A stretch of DNA of 64,000 bases from Hormiphora californensis. Lineage: Eukaryota; Animalia; Ctenophora. Position numbers and translations under genes: made by a program. Positions 29,789-40,894 of this stretch are shown in pieces. How positions within the stretch are numbered: position 1 is the first letter of the stretch; each line of letters starts with the position of its first letter. The stretch lies in contig CM035350.1 in NCBI GenBank assembly GCA_020137815.1, positions 3,906,001 to 3,970,000 on the forward strand. Direction: 5' to 3'. Under the pieces are notes generated by a model. That model did not search any database and was not told where the DNA came from. It was given only the letters and a program-made list of their open reading frames with translations.

Positions 29789-31711
29789 CTGGCGGGAGAG
29801 GGAGGGTTAGAAAAAAAAAATAATTTTTGGGGGTTGGGAGGGTAGTACAAATTTTAAATAAATACGGGAGAAAAGAAGAAAGGAACCCGGGGATAAAAAC
29901 CCTTTTAAAAGCCTTGGAGGTAACACTTTTGGGCGGAGGGGAAAAGGAAACCCCAAGCGGAGGAGATTCCATTCGGGAACGGGCGGGTTTTAGGGTTTGC
30001 CCCCTAATCCTTGGCCACCGGGGGGAAAAGGGGAGACAGGGGCTGCAGTTTTATCGCTTCTGAAATGAAAATTTTTGAAAAAAAATACGATTTATTTAAA
30101 AACTTGATTAGGTTTAGATTTTTAGTTGTTAAAAGCTTCCCTAGTTACTTTTTTAAAATGATCCACAGAAAAACTTTTGACTCCCTCTCTCTTCTATACC
30201 ATTGCAAGTATACTTTCCGCCCTTTCTCTATATTTTTTTTCCTCCTCATCTCATTTTTGTGCCCCTTGGCGAAACAAAGGGGGGGCTGTGGGGGGGGGGA
30301 AAATTTTGGGGGGGGGTTTCCCCTTGAAAAAAAAGGGGGCAGGGCCCCCAAAGGGCCCCCCAAAAGGGGGTTTTAAAAAGGGTTTTTTGGGAAAGAGAAA
30401 AGAAAAGGAAGAAAGAAGGGGAAAGGAAAAAGGAGGGAAAAAAAAAAAAGGAAAAGGGGGAAAGAAAAAAGGAGAAGAGGAGGGGGGAGATCCCGCTTTT
30501 GAGAGTGACAAAAACACATGTGGTTGCTTGGTATGCGGTCTAAAAAATAAACTTTGTGGTTCCTCTCTCTCTCTCTCTCTCTCTCTCTCACTAATTAAAA
30601 CTATATCCATCTCTCTAACAAATCCAATCAAGATCTCTCTTTTTTTTTCCTACATTACTATTCTTGCTAGTGCCAAATCAGGGGGTGTCCGACTAATTCT
30701 ATGCGATGTTCTATCCACATTCTTTTTACATACAAATACAGATAGAAAATTACATGACACATGTCCGGCTAATAAATCGCTGGCTGCCGAGTACATCCCG
30801 TATTGAAATTATAAGGCAGGCAGGTAGAAAGGATGACGTATCGAAGGGATCAAAGCCATTTCCAATCGTCAAACTCCCACCTAAATCACCCATTTAAACA
30901 CTATCAGACTATGACCCGAAACATTAATATATATATTTGGCATTTATGTAACAACTAACAGCTATTTTTCTTTTCCGTATTACAAACCGGACTTATTATT
31001 GGGGAATATTTTATTCGTTTTATATTTCTCTTTATTTAAAGTCACACAATATAACGTATTTAGAGGTGGATAAGAGTTGAGAAGATACATGTGTCCAGCC
31101 GGTATTAACACATACTGTTTTACTGCCGGCTGGTCGTGTAGGCCTTCTCAGTCTATCCGTTTTCTATCTCTTTTTCTTTTTTTACTTGTCAGATGTCTGT
31201 TATAAGGGGTAAACAAGTTCACGGCAGATATATTTAATAATTATTTTACACCTAAATCTAATTGTGTTGCTGATAATCATACTGAAATTTACATACAAGA
31301 TAATCTTTCTGTGTTGTGTAAAATATTGGGATTACTCTTCTGAATTTGTACGACGAAAAAAATCGGATAAGTACGGTAAATAGTTGGAAAAATAAACTGA
31401 AAATTTTCTTCAAAGTGTGCCCGAGCGCAGTTAATAAATAGAAACCCTTATTAAAACAAATTTCGCACAATCACAAATATAATTGAAAAACCTTAGTGTT
31501 CGCGAAAATAACGAAACAACAAAAAACGGTTCAAAAAAAACATTGTGATCTTTCTCTCCCCCAGGGAGATATTGTGATCATGTTAAAAAACTAACACAAC
31601 CACAATGTTTGGGGGAGATGTGTGTGAAACTTCTCATCTGACATTGTTTATGGTTTTATATACACAAGGAAGAGTGCGTTGCCATGGTTACAGCTCCCGC
31701 GATGGCAGCTC

Positions 31712-32379
31712 CTAGCGACATGTGTTGGGTACAAATTCCGCTGCGTTAGGATTCAACGTACTACAGGTCTGAGAAAGGAAGGGGAGGGTTAGTCAGTCAG
31801 TTAGTTGAAGAACTTGTGAAACACAGGACACATTAAAATAATGAGCCTCCTAAAAACACACGAACATAAAAACAACTCAAGAATGTTACGGGTAATTGTG
31901 AATTGAGGAGGAGGAAGAATTCAGTATTTTCTAATCAAGGGTTTGGGTGAAATTGATATAACTTACAATAAGTTCAGACATATCACAGATAATATCTTTA
32001 TTGTAGTCGTCTGTGATGTACAGATCCTGTACTCCCCCGCACAATACATCCCCACCCTCGAGCTCAGCATCTATATCTCGAGCTATTCTTTTCAACTGCA
32101 AAAGTGTGTCTGTTAGAGGGAATCATGAAATGTGGTGTTTTTGGATTGGTCGGATAGATATAAGAGGCAGAGAAGAAAATTAGTTTTCCCAATAATTTGA
32201 CAGTTTTTCCCGATAACAATTGTGGGGGTATAGGTACATCTTACTTCTTCAAGATAGAGATTCTCAAGGTAAGCCTCCTCAAAGGTGTCTTCCTCATTCA
32301 TCCATTCGTACTCTTTAAACCATTCCTCATCGATGAGCTCGTGGTGGTACTCAATGGGAGATTCGGGTCGTACAACCAT
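31712..32379 (-). CDS. PAIP2: Poly(A)-binding protein-interacting protein 2, 3 exons
   Basis: FKEYEWMNEEDTFEE acidic PAM1 region and C-terminal PAM2 motif STLNPNAAEFVP. Confidence 0.85.
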
Positions 32380-32549
32380 CTTATTGACTTGCTACACAGA
32401 GAATAGTGAAGTTAGTGGTAGGTGGGTGGACCAAAATAAACACGGTATTTTAAAAAGCCCAAAAAGCAAACACAACACAAGAGGATATAACACAGCGGAC
32501 GCAGGATAGCCGATAGTTAGAGACACACAGAGATTAAATTCAGGTGCTT

Positions 32550-33386
32550 TTAGATGGTTTCGATAGGGTTCACATCACTCTCGGACACAATAAATTCTAC
32601 ATCTTCAGCTACATGTTTTGTCAGTTCCTCCACCACTGATTTCAAGTAGCCCCGTTCAGTGTGAGTATGTTCACTAAGTAACACATTCCTCCCCTCTGCA
32701 ATCACTGCTAGGACCTCATGGTGCGACATTTCCCCAGTCACATACAGATCTGCATCAACCCCCTTTAGTAGGGAACCTCCCGAGCCAGCACAGACAGCAA
32801 CTGTCCTGATAACATCGTAATCCTGGCCGGAATCTTTGTGTCGTTTTACCCACTGCAGAGGATCAGCGTGGCCCAATCGGAGGCTTGATACACCAAGATG
32901 CTGTTTGAAGGTCTCGCAAGCTTTTGTCAGGGAAAGGGGAGATTTGAGGGTGATGATACGGCCCATTCCACAAGTTGTAGAGGGTGCCCCGTCAATTAGG
33001 GCTGGAGTTATTGGGACTTTTCTCTTGTAACTCAGGCAATTAACGATCCAATCATTCACCCCGTTGTTTCTACTGTCCCAAGCGGTGTGGGGAGAGTAGA
33101 TGCTGATCCCACTCACCACACAATTAATGATGATACGAGATTTGGCGTTGTCTTGGGTGAGCCGCTTAAAACTGCTGAATATCGGAGGGTGGTAACTCAA
33201 AATCATGGAGCACTGCTTACTTTTAGCTTCTTCTAAGACGGGTTCAGTGAGGTCAATCGTTGTCAACACCTTTTTAACCGCTGGAGAGCTCGAAGATTCC
33301 AGCAGCAGACCCACATTATCCCAAGATTCTGCGTGTTTTGTTGGAGCAAACGATTCCAATTTTGTTACTAGAGTCCTAAGTTTCAT
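32550..33386 (-). CDS. NIF3L1: NIF3-like protein 1, intronless
   Basis: AESWDNVGLL, SYHPPIF, YSPHTAWD, VAVCAGSG, TGEMSHH, EHTHTERGYL. Confidence 0.95.
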   Translation of the reverse strand: MKLRTLVTKLESFAPTKHAESWDNVGLLLESSSSPAVKKVLTTIDLTEPVLEEAKSKQCSMILSYHPPIFSSFKRLTQDNAKSRIIINCVVSGISIYSPHTAWDSRNNGVNDWIVNCLSYKRKVPITPALIDGAPSTTCGMGRIITLKSPLSLTKACETFKQHLGVSSLRLGHADPLQWVKRHKDSGQDYDVIRTVAVCAGSGGSLLKGVDADLYVTGEMSHHEVLAVIAEGRNVLLSEHTHTERGYLKSVVEELTKHVAEDVEFIVSESDVNPIETI

Positions 33387-33665
33387 CTTTCAGGGACGTG
33401 GGAGTGGGACAGATGAGAATTTGCTTAAGAACAGAGGCCGTGAGATTTGAGACAAGATTTCAGAGCAAAAAAAGTTTAAAGGAAAACTTTTAAAATTTGT
33501 CAACGCGACGCTCGCGCTTGCACTATTCCGTCGTCGCGCGGCTTATATTTGCATCGCGGCTTTTATAAATCGCGCGCGTGTTTGAAGTTTCAAGCGCGAG
33601 CGTGTTTGAAGTTTCAAGCTTTTTTTTTTCGGTTTTTTTTTTTTTTTTTTGAAAATTCACTAACC

Positions 33666-34231
33666 TTGGAATGCGCTGCAGCCCCCTCATGCGCGCACCC
33701 CCGCAACGAGGGGACTGGAGGGAATGCCGCGCGCGCGTTTGGCCTGATCCCGGCTGGGTCGAAGATAACTTTGCGGTCGAAAAAACGGCGGTGCTTATAA
33801 CTTTGGCTCCTGAAGTCCGTTTGACTTGATTCTTTCACCAGTTGTTAGATCTGACGATTATCTACCTTGCTGTTTTTGAGAGAAGTTAATTGGACTTAAG
33901 GAGGCTGAGCAATAGCCGTTGAAAGATGGGTTGTTTTCAAAAAGTGACGTCACAGATTCTTGCAGGGACACCTTTTTTAAAATTTCATTCAAATTTTGAT
34001 TTTACCGCACTCGATTTTGCGGAGTTTGGTTCATATCTCCTGTTCCTGATAAGATAGAGACCTGAAACCGGTTGCATTTGAAAGCTGTTATCTTCCTCTT
34101 TCCAACGCTACCAAAACGATTTCTGTACCTTATCTGGAACCGGAGATATGATTGATTATGTATTCCCCCTAGCGCGGTATTCCCTCCAGGCCCCTTATAT
34201 TATATTATAAGGGGCCTGCAACGTATGCCAA
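33666..34231 (+). mobile_element. MITE family B copy 1 (TTGGAATGCGCTGCAG...CTGCAACGTATGCCAA), 9-bp TSD
   Basis: Imperfect TIR; TSD TCACTAACC on both sides. Confidence 0.85.
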
Positions 34232-34386
34232 TCACTAACCCCAACACCGATTGGCATCACTTTCCAACAGCCGAAGAGAAGCTGCCGAAGAGAGAAAGGG
34301 GGTAACCGTATGAAGAGTTAATCGCGATGAGTCTCATTCACATTGGGTTCGATCATTTGCCCCCGGTGTTGGGGTTAGTAATAAAT

Positions 34387-34963
34387 TTGGAATGCGCTGC
34401 AGCCCCCTCATGCGCGCACCCCCGCAACGAGGGGACTGGAGGGAATGCCGCGCGCGCGTTTGGCCTGAGCCCGGCTGGGTCGAAAATAACTTTGCGAGCG
34501 AAAAAACGGCGGTGCTTATAACTTTGGCCCCTGAAGTCCGTTTTGCTTGATTCTTTCACTAGCTGTTAGATCTGACAATTATCTACCTTGCTGTTTTTGA
34601 GAGAAGTTAATTGGACTTGAGGAGGCTGAGCAATAGCCGTTCAAAGATTGGTTGTTTTCAAAAAGTGACGTCACAGATCCCTGCAGGGACACTTTGTTTC
34701 AAATTTGAATTAAAATCTCAAATTTTTTTATTTTACCGCACTCGATTTTGCGGAGTTTGGTTCATATCTCCTGTTCCTGATAAGATAGAGGCCTGAAACC
34801 GGTTGCATTTGAAAGCTGTTATCTTCCTCTTTCCAACGCTACCAAAACGATTTCTGTACCTTATCTGGAACCGGAGATATGATTGATTATGTATTTCCCC
34901 CCAGCGCGGTATTCCCTCCAGGCCCCTTATATTATATTATAAGGGGCCTGCAACGTATGCCAA
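34387..34963 (+). mobile_element. MITE family B copy 2, 9-bp TSD
   Basis: TSD GTAATAAAT on both sides; slightly diverged from copy 1. Confidence 0.85.
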
Positions 34964-35023
34964 GTAATAAATAAATCTTAAAATCACTCACTCAAATAAA
35001 CAATAAATATTATAAATAAAAAG

Positions 35024-38000
35024 TCAGTCAGTAAAATCACACATTGCAATGGGTGGTGGAGTCGTGAACTTTTTCCTCGTGCCCCTGAGTGAGACCAGAG
35101 TACTTCTGAGGAGACAGAATCGTATCCGCGTTCTCAGGAAATTAATCACTTCAGCATATTTATCCTTGTGTTTGGTAGAGATGCGTGAAGCGAGCTTTTT
35201 GATTAGTCGTTCTGCCTCTAGTCCGGAACCTCCGGAAGTAGCCATAACAAACGGGGTGAAAGCCCCTCTCTCCGATTCTCTGATTCTTTGTTGGTAATCA
35301 CGTTTCTTCCGACTTTCATTCATTTTGTACAGAGATTTTGGGTCTTTTCCTCTGTAACTGGGTGCAGTAGGATGAAACACTGCAACGTCCACGTGGGCCC
35401 CCTGTAGTCCTCTCCACAACCCAATGGCATACACGTCACTGCGAGCATCAGGTGCTGTATTGACACTTCGGGGGTAGTCATCTGGGTTAACTGGCTGCAA
35501 CACTTTCTCAATTTCAACACCCTTGTATCCTGCATGGGTAATAATATCTGCAAGGGTATCTCTAATCTCGTTGTGTCGCAGGATAGTAAACCCGCCAGTG
35601 CTACAGCTCAGGGCATGGTCTGCCCCATTCTGTTTTCCACATACACATTCAGAGAACTGGCCGTTGATTTCAAAGCCATACCTGAGGCACATCGCATCTG
35701 TGAACTCTGATTTGGATAGTTCTCTGTTGAAAATCTCCAAGGGCCGGGCAGAGAGCCAAGACGAAGCTCCCGTCTCCATGTTTAGAAGAAATGTCCTGGT
35801 CCATTTTTCTTCATCTTTACACACTGCCTCTCTTAGCGCCTTCTGTCTCTTCATCTCCTCGACACTGCATTCAAGCCTCCTCTCTGCGATTTCTTTCTCA
35901 ACTTCATGGATTGTCTTCTTGTTTTCATCCAATTCAAGTATGTTTAACACCAGTGGCTCAGTGACATGCTCTGAATTTTTGTAGAAGATCGGGGCCGTCT
36001 CAACTGGGTTATCTAAACCTAGTCCTCCCTCTCTGATAGGAAGGGCGAAGATCTTCCTCTCCATATCGCTACATGGTCTTCCTATCAGCTTGGGTATCAG
36101 TCTGTTCCTGATCGCATCTTCCAACCTCTGAAAAGAGTCTGCCGAGTCAGGGATGGTACGTTGGAGATACACCCATTTGAATTTCAGTGATGAGATGAAG
36201 TTCGAGTAGGCGAGGTGTGGATGGCTACTGGCAATTTCAGTTAAATTTTCAACCATGTCAGTCCACTCCGCTACTCGATCCTCAGTGTACTCCCAGCTGT
36301 ATTCCATGGTCCCAATCGCCGCTCCAAGATGCTTCGCACCTTCCACCGTCAGATTCAAATCTGTGTCATTGAATAGCTCCTTAGCTCTAGCCAGATGTTC
36401 ACGTTTTACCACCAGTGTAGACTTGCTCGGGTTAACATGGAATCCATAGTGCGGCCCAATCTCCACAGCTCTCTTGTACCAAGTTAGAAGGGTCTCTATA
36501 CTTCCTGCTGCATTTCCATCATCAGCGTAGAATATCTGTCTTATGTCTTGCTCTGGCAGGTCCTTAGTAAGCTTGGTTAGCATAGGGAGGATGGCAAGAC
36601 CAAACATCAGAAAGGCTGCTGGGTCCCCTTGAGTCGCTCCCTCTTCGCTTGATAGAGTATGTGGTCCTGTGTAGAGAGCAGTGGGAGCGCCATATATGTT
36701 TTTCAGGAATGGTGCGAAATCCGGACAAATATACTGGATGTTATGAAGTGCCAAGCGTCTGTTGAGCCTGTTAAATGCATTGGATGCATCTAACATGATT
36801 GCACCTTCTCCATTACTACTGTAGTATTTCCCTAGGCTGTGAATCGCAGCCTCACATCCTGCACTATGTCCCACCGCCACCTGCTGACAGCCTGCAACAT
36901 TCCTGGCATCTGGTTTGAGAAGTTTTACGATCGCAGATGTAAATATCCTTCTAAACACCTCGCTAATCCCGATAGGCCGCGTTCCTCCACATGGTTTTTC
37001 CATCGGCACCAGTCTGCAACTGAGGAAGACCGAAAGGAAAGCATGGTTGACTTGCTTTGTAGCTAGTTTGACTGCCACCTTACTAGCTGCTGTACATAGC
37101 TGCTTCGACGAGTCTTTGAAGACTCGGGCGCAAAAGATACGCCTTGCCCCACTTGAGTCAAAACCGCTGGGGCCACCAGATCCGCGAATGTTCTGAGCAC
37201 ATTGGTAGATTGAGGGGCCGGTGATTCTTTCGAAGAATATAGGTTCCGGTTGGTCGATAGGTCCTTGTAACGCAAACTCACTGTTTGCTGGCTTGGAGGC
37301 AGGATGCTTGTCACGGAGGTCTTCCAGCACAGAATCCGTGAGGGGCTTCAATCCGGCTGTGTGCCGCTCTGAGTTCAGCCAGTTGGATGCCTCTTTTACA
37401 TTCCCTTCCCTCATAGCTTTGATGAACTTTTTCTTGCAGGTCTCTTTGCTGGCCTGTGTTGCTTTCAAAGGTTTTTGGGTGGCTCTGCCCTCTCTCAACA
37501 GGGAAGTGAAATGTCCTTCCTTCCACAGTTTGAGTCTGCGTTCTAGGAGCTCAATGTGTTGTGCTAGCTTCGATGATTTTGATGGTTTTTGAAGCAGCAG
37601 AGTGGGAGCGAGGACAGCAGCCGATAACGCATAACATTCTGCTGAGGGTTCATGAACAAAAATGGTAAGAAGCCTGGTAAGCTCGTCAACAAAACTCCGT
37701 CCAACTGTTCCCTGGGGGACCTCGAAAAGATTCGGCATCCAGCTAGAGGTCGATTCAGACAGGGAATTGAAGATTTCCAATAGGTCTGCAGGCGAATGAT
37801 CGCCCCAGTATGGTCCATTTGTTGGTAAGGTGGGGTTGGCAGGAATTTTGTTCAGGGGAAGGCACCCAACACAAGAAAAGTACGATGCATAGGGGTTCTG
37901 AAGGCAATGGTAGTGAAATCGGCGGCTGCAAGATTCACAGGGAATTAAGCTGTTTGGATCTGCAGCCTCGTAACATTGGTCACACTCTTCATAAGAAGCA

Positions 38001-38509
38001 GTTGTGTCATCAATGGGAAATGTTAGCTGATTGGATTTGCCACATTCGCTCACTTCCCTACATCTGGAAAGGTAAGTGTTAACTTTTTGACTCGTGGTTA
38101 TGGATGGGAGGAGAGGTGAATCAAGTGGTTCGTTGTCACTGTGTGCACACTCAGTTTTGGCAGGTGATTTCATTGCCTCGGTATCATTCACTTCAATCTC
38201 GGTTCTTGCTGGTGACTCAGGTATCTCAGTGTCACTAACAATAATCTCAGTTCTAGCAGGCGAGTCAACGTCGCTATCAACTTTCTCTGTTCTCACAGGT
38301 GACAGTCCATCAAATGAAATAGTTCGATGAGGTGTGTGATGTTGAATCGTGGTTGATTGATCATCGAAAGAGCTCTCGTCAGATGATGAACTGAAATCAC
38401 TACCGCGAGTGAACGTGAGGAGAAAGGAGTCTGGATGCGTAGATGATGAGGGGGTGGAGGTAGTATGTTTAGAGCGTGAAGATCGAGGAGTATCAGTTTG
38501 TGAGGACAT
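35024..38509 (-). CDS. Retrotransposon polyprotein: PHD-type finger, reverse transcriptase, restriction-like endonuclease
   Basis: CDQC..CESC..HYHC..CVGC; RPIGISE, LDASNAFN, GATQGDP, YADD; CVCG..H..SC, RHNEIRD, RSD..VDV..E..KK..Y. Confidence 0.93.
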   Translation of the reverse strand: MSSQTDTPRSSRSKHTTSTPSSSTHPDSFLLTFTRGSDFSSSSDESSFDDQSTTIQHHTPHRTISFDGLSPVRTEKVDSDVDSPARTEIIVSDTEIPESPARTEIEVNDTEAMKSPAKTECAHSDNEPLDSPLLPSITTSQKVNTYLSRCREVSECGKSNQLTFPIDDTTASYEECDQCYEAADPNSLIPCESCSRRFHYHCLQNPYASYFSCVGCLPLNKIPANPTLPTNGPYWGDHSPADLLEIFNSLSESTSSWMPNLFEVPQGTVGRSFVDELTRLLTIFVHEPSAECYALSAAVLAPTLLLQKPSKSSKLAQHIELLERRLKLWKEGHFTSLLREGRATQKPLKATQASKETCKKKFIKAMREGNVKEASNWLNSERHTAGLKPLTDSVLEDLRDKHPASKPANSEFALQGPIDQPEPIFFERITGPSIYQCAQNIRGSGGPSGFDSSGARRIFCARVFKDSSKQLCTAASKVAVKLATKQVNHAFLSVFLSCRLVPMEKPCGGTRPIGISEVFRRIFTSAIVKLLKPDARNVAGCQQVAVGHSAGCEAAIHSLGKYYSSNGEGAIMLDASNAFNRLNRRLALHNIQYICPDFAPFLKNIYGAPTALYTGPHTLSSEEGATQGDPAAFLMFGLAILPMLTKLTKDLPEQDIRQIFYADDGNAAGSIETLLTWYKRAVEIGPHYGFHVNPSKSTLVVKREHLARAKELFNDTDLNLTVEGAKHLGAAIGTMEYSWEYTEDRVAEWTDMVENLTEIASSHPHLAYSNFISSLKFKWVYLQRTIPDSADSFQRLEDAIRNRLIPKLIGRPCSDMERKIFALPIREGGLGLDNPVETAPIFYKNSEHVTEPLVLNILELDENKKTIHEVEKEIAERRLECSVEEMKRQKALREAVCKDEEKWTRTFLLNMETGASSWLSARPLEIFNRELSKSEFTDAMCLRYGFEINGQFSECVCGKQNGADHALSCSTGGFTILRHNEIRDTLADIITHAGYKGVEIEKVLQPVNPDDYPRSVNTAPDARSDVYAIGLWRGLQGAHVDVAVFHPTAPSYRGKDPKSLYKMNESRKKRDYQQRIRESERGAFTPFVMATSGGSGLEAERLIKKLASRISTKHKDKYAEVINFLRTRIRFCLLRSTLVSLRGTRKKFTTPPPIAMCDFTD

Positions 38510-38797
38510 GATCTCACCTCAGGAACAGACCAGGAATGGGTATGTTGAGAATTCTCAACTAAAGATTGTTGTTAAATAATTAAGTCCTTTCCGCGGAAAT
38601 TACCGGGAAGAACTTCGACGTGTCGTTGAGTGTACTCAACTAGAAAAGAAAATAAAGAAGAGATCTTGTTGATCTTAGGGTCTGGAACCCTCTCTGGCCT
38701 ATCGATGGCCAGAGAGACAAATAGCAACAAAACAAAGGAAAGTTTCAAGCTCATGTTTTTTAAAACGCGGCATCCAAAATTTTTCAGGTTTTACAAA

Positions 38798-39527
38798 GGA
38801 AAACGTTAAAATCTGGGTGCCTTTCATTGCTAACAATTCGTAGTTATGGCGCGCGCAACGGGTTAGGGCTATCCGTTAGGGTCTGGTTAGGGTTTGGTTT
38901 GGGGCTATCGGTTAGGGCTATCGATTCTCTAACTGATACCGTTTAGTTTACTCAAATCGGCTATGTGGTTCCATGGCTATAGCCGTTTGAAAAAAGTCGG
39001 TCTAAGTATACTCTTTTGGTAGCGCGCACATGTAAACAGGCTGCAAGGCACCCAGATTATATAATCGCGCTACCAAAAGAGTATACTTAGACCGACTTTT
39101 TTCAAACGGCTATAGCCATGGAACCACATGGCCGATTTGAGTAAACTAAACGGTATCAGTTAGAGAATCGATAGCCCTAACCGATAACCCCAAACCAAAC
39201 CCAAACCAGACCCTAACGGATAGCCCTAACCCGTCGTGCGCGCCAAAACTACGAATTGTTAGCAATGAAAGGCACCCAGATTTTAACGTTTTCCATTATA
39301 ATCTGGGTGCCTTGCAGCGTGTTTACAGGTGCGCGCTGCCAAAGGAGTATACTTAGACCGACTTTTTTCAAACGGCTATAGCCACGCAACCACATGGCCA
39401 ATTTGAGTAAATTAAACGGTAACTGATAGAGAATCGATAGCCCTAACCAATAACCCCAAACCAAACCCTAACCAGACCCTAACGGATAGCCCTAACCCGT
39501 CGCGCGCGCGCCAAAACTACGAATTGT
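38798..39527. mobile_element. Cluster of three MITE family A copies (inverted and tandem)
   Basis: Repeated GGCACCCAGATT and TTAGACCGACTTTTTTCAAACGGCTATAGCC blocks in both orientations. Confidence 0.85.
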
Positions 39528-39882
39528 TTCGAACACGCATATCTCCTGATGAGATAGAGACTTGAAATTTGGAGGTTAGGAATCATGCCAAGTTTGAAGT
39601 TCTCCATTTAACCTCCAAATTTCAAGTCTATCTCATCAAGAACTGGAGATATGCGCCTTTGAAATAAGGTCAAAAAGACCCCCCTGTCCCTTGATTAAAA
39701 ATCCAACTTTATACAGCCTCCTCATGTGGATACATAAACATAAACATAAACATAATGACAATTTATATACCGCACTGACACAGTTTTATTCACAGACGAC
39801 TCGTTTTCCCTCATTTGAAAGGGACTGCAGTAGACTGCCTGCTCCTAGCACGGTTCTCTGACAACGGTGAATTAGTGGGGAA

Positions 39883-40848
39883 CTATCCCACTTGGATGAC
39901 ATTATTACGGATGAAATAGCAGCCATCTGGATCGTCTAACCGTATCCGTCTCAAGGTGGACCTGAGAGCTTTTTGCTCCTTCAGTTGAGAGGGTGTTAGA
40001 TCCGGAGATAGATAAACAGCCGAAAACTGTTGGGATTCCTTGAGGTTTCTTGCCTTTTTGAGCAGCGCCAGGAGAGTCGCTCTCTTCTCCAGGGATACTA
40101 AGAGCGGTCTAGGGCGATTCTCGTTTCTTTCGCCGATGCGTTTCATCGTTGTCACTTTTGGTTTCTCTTGCAATTCCTCAAACAGTTCGTCTAAAGTAGT
40201 TTTAGCTACTCTATCGGTTGTTTCTGGGAGACCAAACACAATCAGGTTCTTCTCTCTTCCGGGCTGTTGGACGGGAGTAGGGTGGTGTAAGGGTGGCGGT
40301 TTTCCCACTTTGGGGGACGTTGCAGCACAATTCTGTGCGAGCACAGTAGAGTAGGCTTTCACCTTCTGCACCGATGCTGTAACTGTACTGAGTTGTTGCT
40401 TCTGGTGGTTGATAACCGTTTGCTGAAGCTCGATCACGCTAACCCGATGGCGGTCAAGTTCTTCTTTGCACTCATGTAGCTGCTTCTCGAGTTTTTCTGC
40501 ACTGATAACAATTTCAAAATTGTTCATAGTTGCTCGGGCAAGTTTCATACTGGAGAGAAAAAGACGAGAAGTGGCCTCGACAATTTCATTGGCAGTTAGG
40601 TCCTTGAGACAATGTCTGAAGTACGAACCCCAATGATTGGAAGGGGAACTCACGGAGTCATTGGTTAACGCTGAATCGGGTGCAAGTTGAATCGATTTAT
40701 AACATTGGATAAACTGATCTGGTGTGATACTCATCGTGTTGGGATCATCAGCCGAATTCAACCGGTAAACTTCAGAAACAAAGTCGTCTATTGACTCTTC
40801 CAATCGTGTTATCGTAGGGTTATCGCCCTCGTACTCTGTTTTCGACAT
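39883..40848 (-). CDS. LINE ORF1-like protein (coiled coil plus RRM-like C-terminal domain); no ORF2 downstream
   Basis: Heptad-rich middle region, then REKNLIVFGLPE..RIG..RPRPLLVSL..VYLSPDLT, typical of invertebrate CR1/L2/Jockey-group ORF1. Followed by AATAAA and (TTTATG)n. Confidence 0.75.
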   Translation of the reverse strand: MSKTEYEGDNPTITRLEESIDDFVSEVYRLNSADDPNTMSITPDQFIQCYKSIQLAPDSALTNDSVSSPSNHWGSYFRHCLKDLTANEIVEATSRLFLSSMKLARATMNNFEIVISAEKLEKQLHECKEELDRHRVSVIELQQTVINHQKQQLSTVTASVQKVKAYSTVLAQNCAATSPKVGKPPPLHHPTPVQQPGREKNLIVFGLPETTDRVAKTTLDELFEELQEKPKVTTMKRIGERNENRPRPLLVSLEKRATLLALLKKARNLKESQQFSAVYLSPDLTPSQLKEQKALRSTLRRIRLDDPDGCYFIRNNVIQVG

Positions 40849-40894
40849 TATCAACGTTTCGTTTTCCGGCCGTTACATCGGATTCATCTTCCTG

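Larger units (their letters stand above)
33621..38739 (-). mobile_element. Full-length CRE-clade (RLE) non-LTR retrotransposon with poly(A) tail and an 11-12 bp TSD
   Basis: Single long ORF; T-tracts at 33620-33650 form the poly(A) on the minus strand; AAGTTTCAAGCT at 33609-33620 and 38740-38751. Confidence 0.85.

Noticed and set aside
38553-38582. Degenerate SL-like string (..AACAACAATCTTTAGTTGAG) in the CRE 5' UTR
   Set aside because: Too divergent, and explained by the local GTTGAG palindrome.
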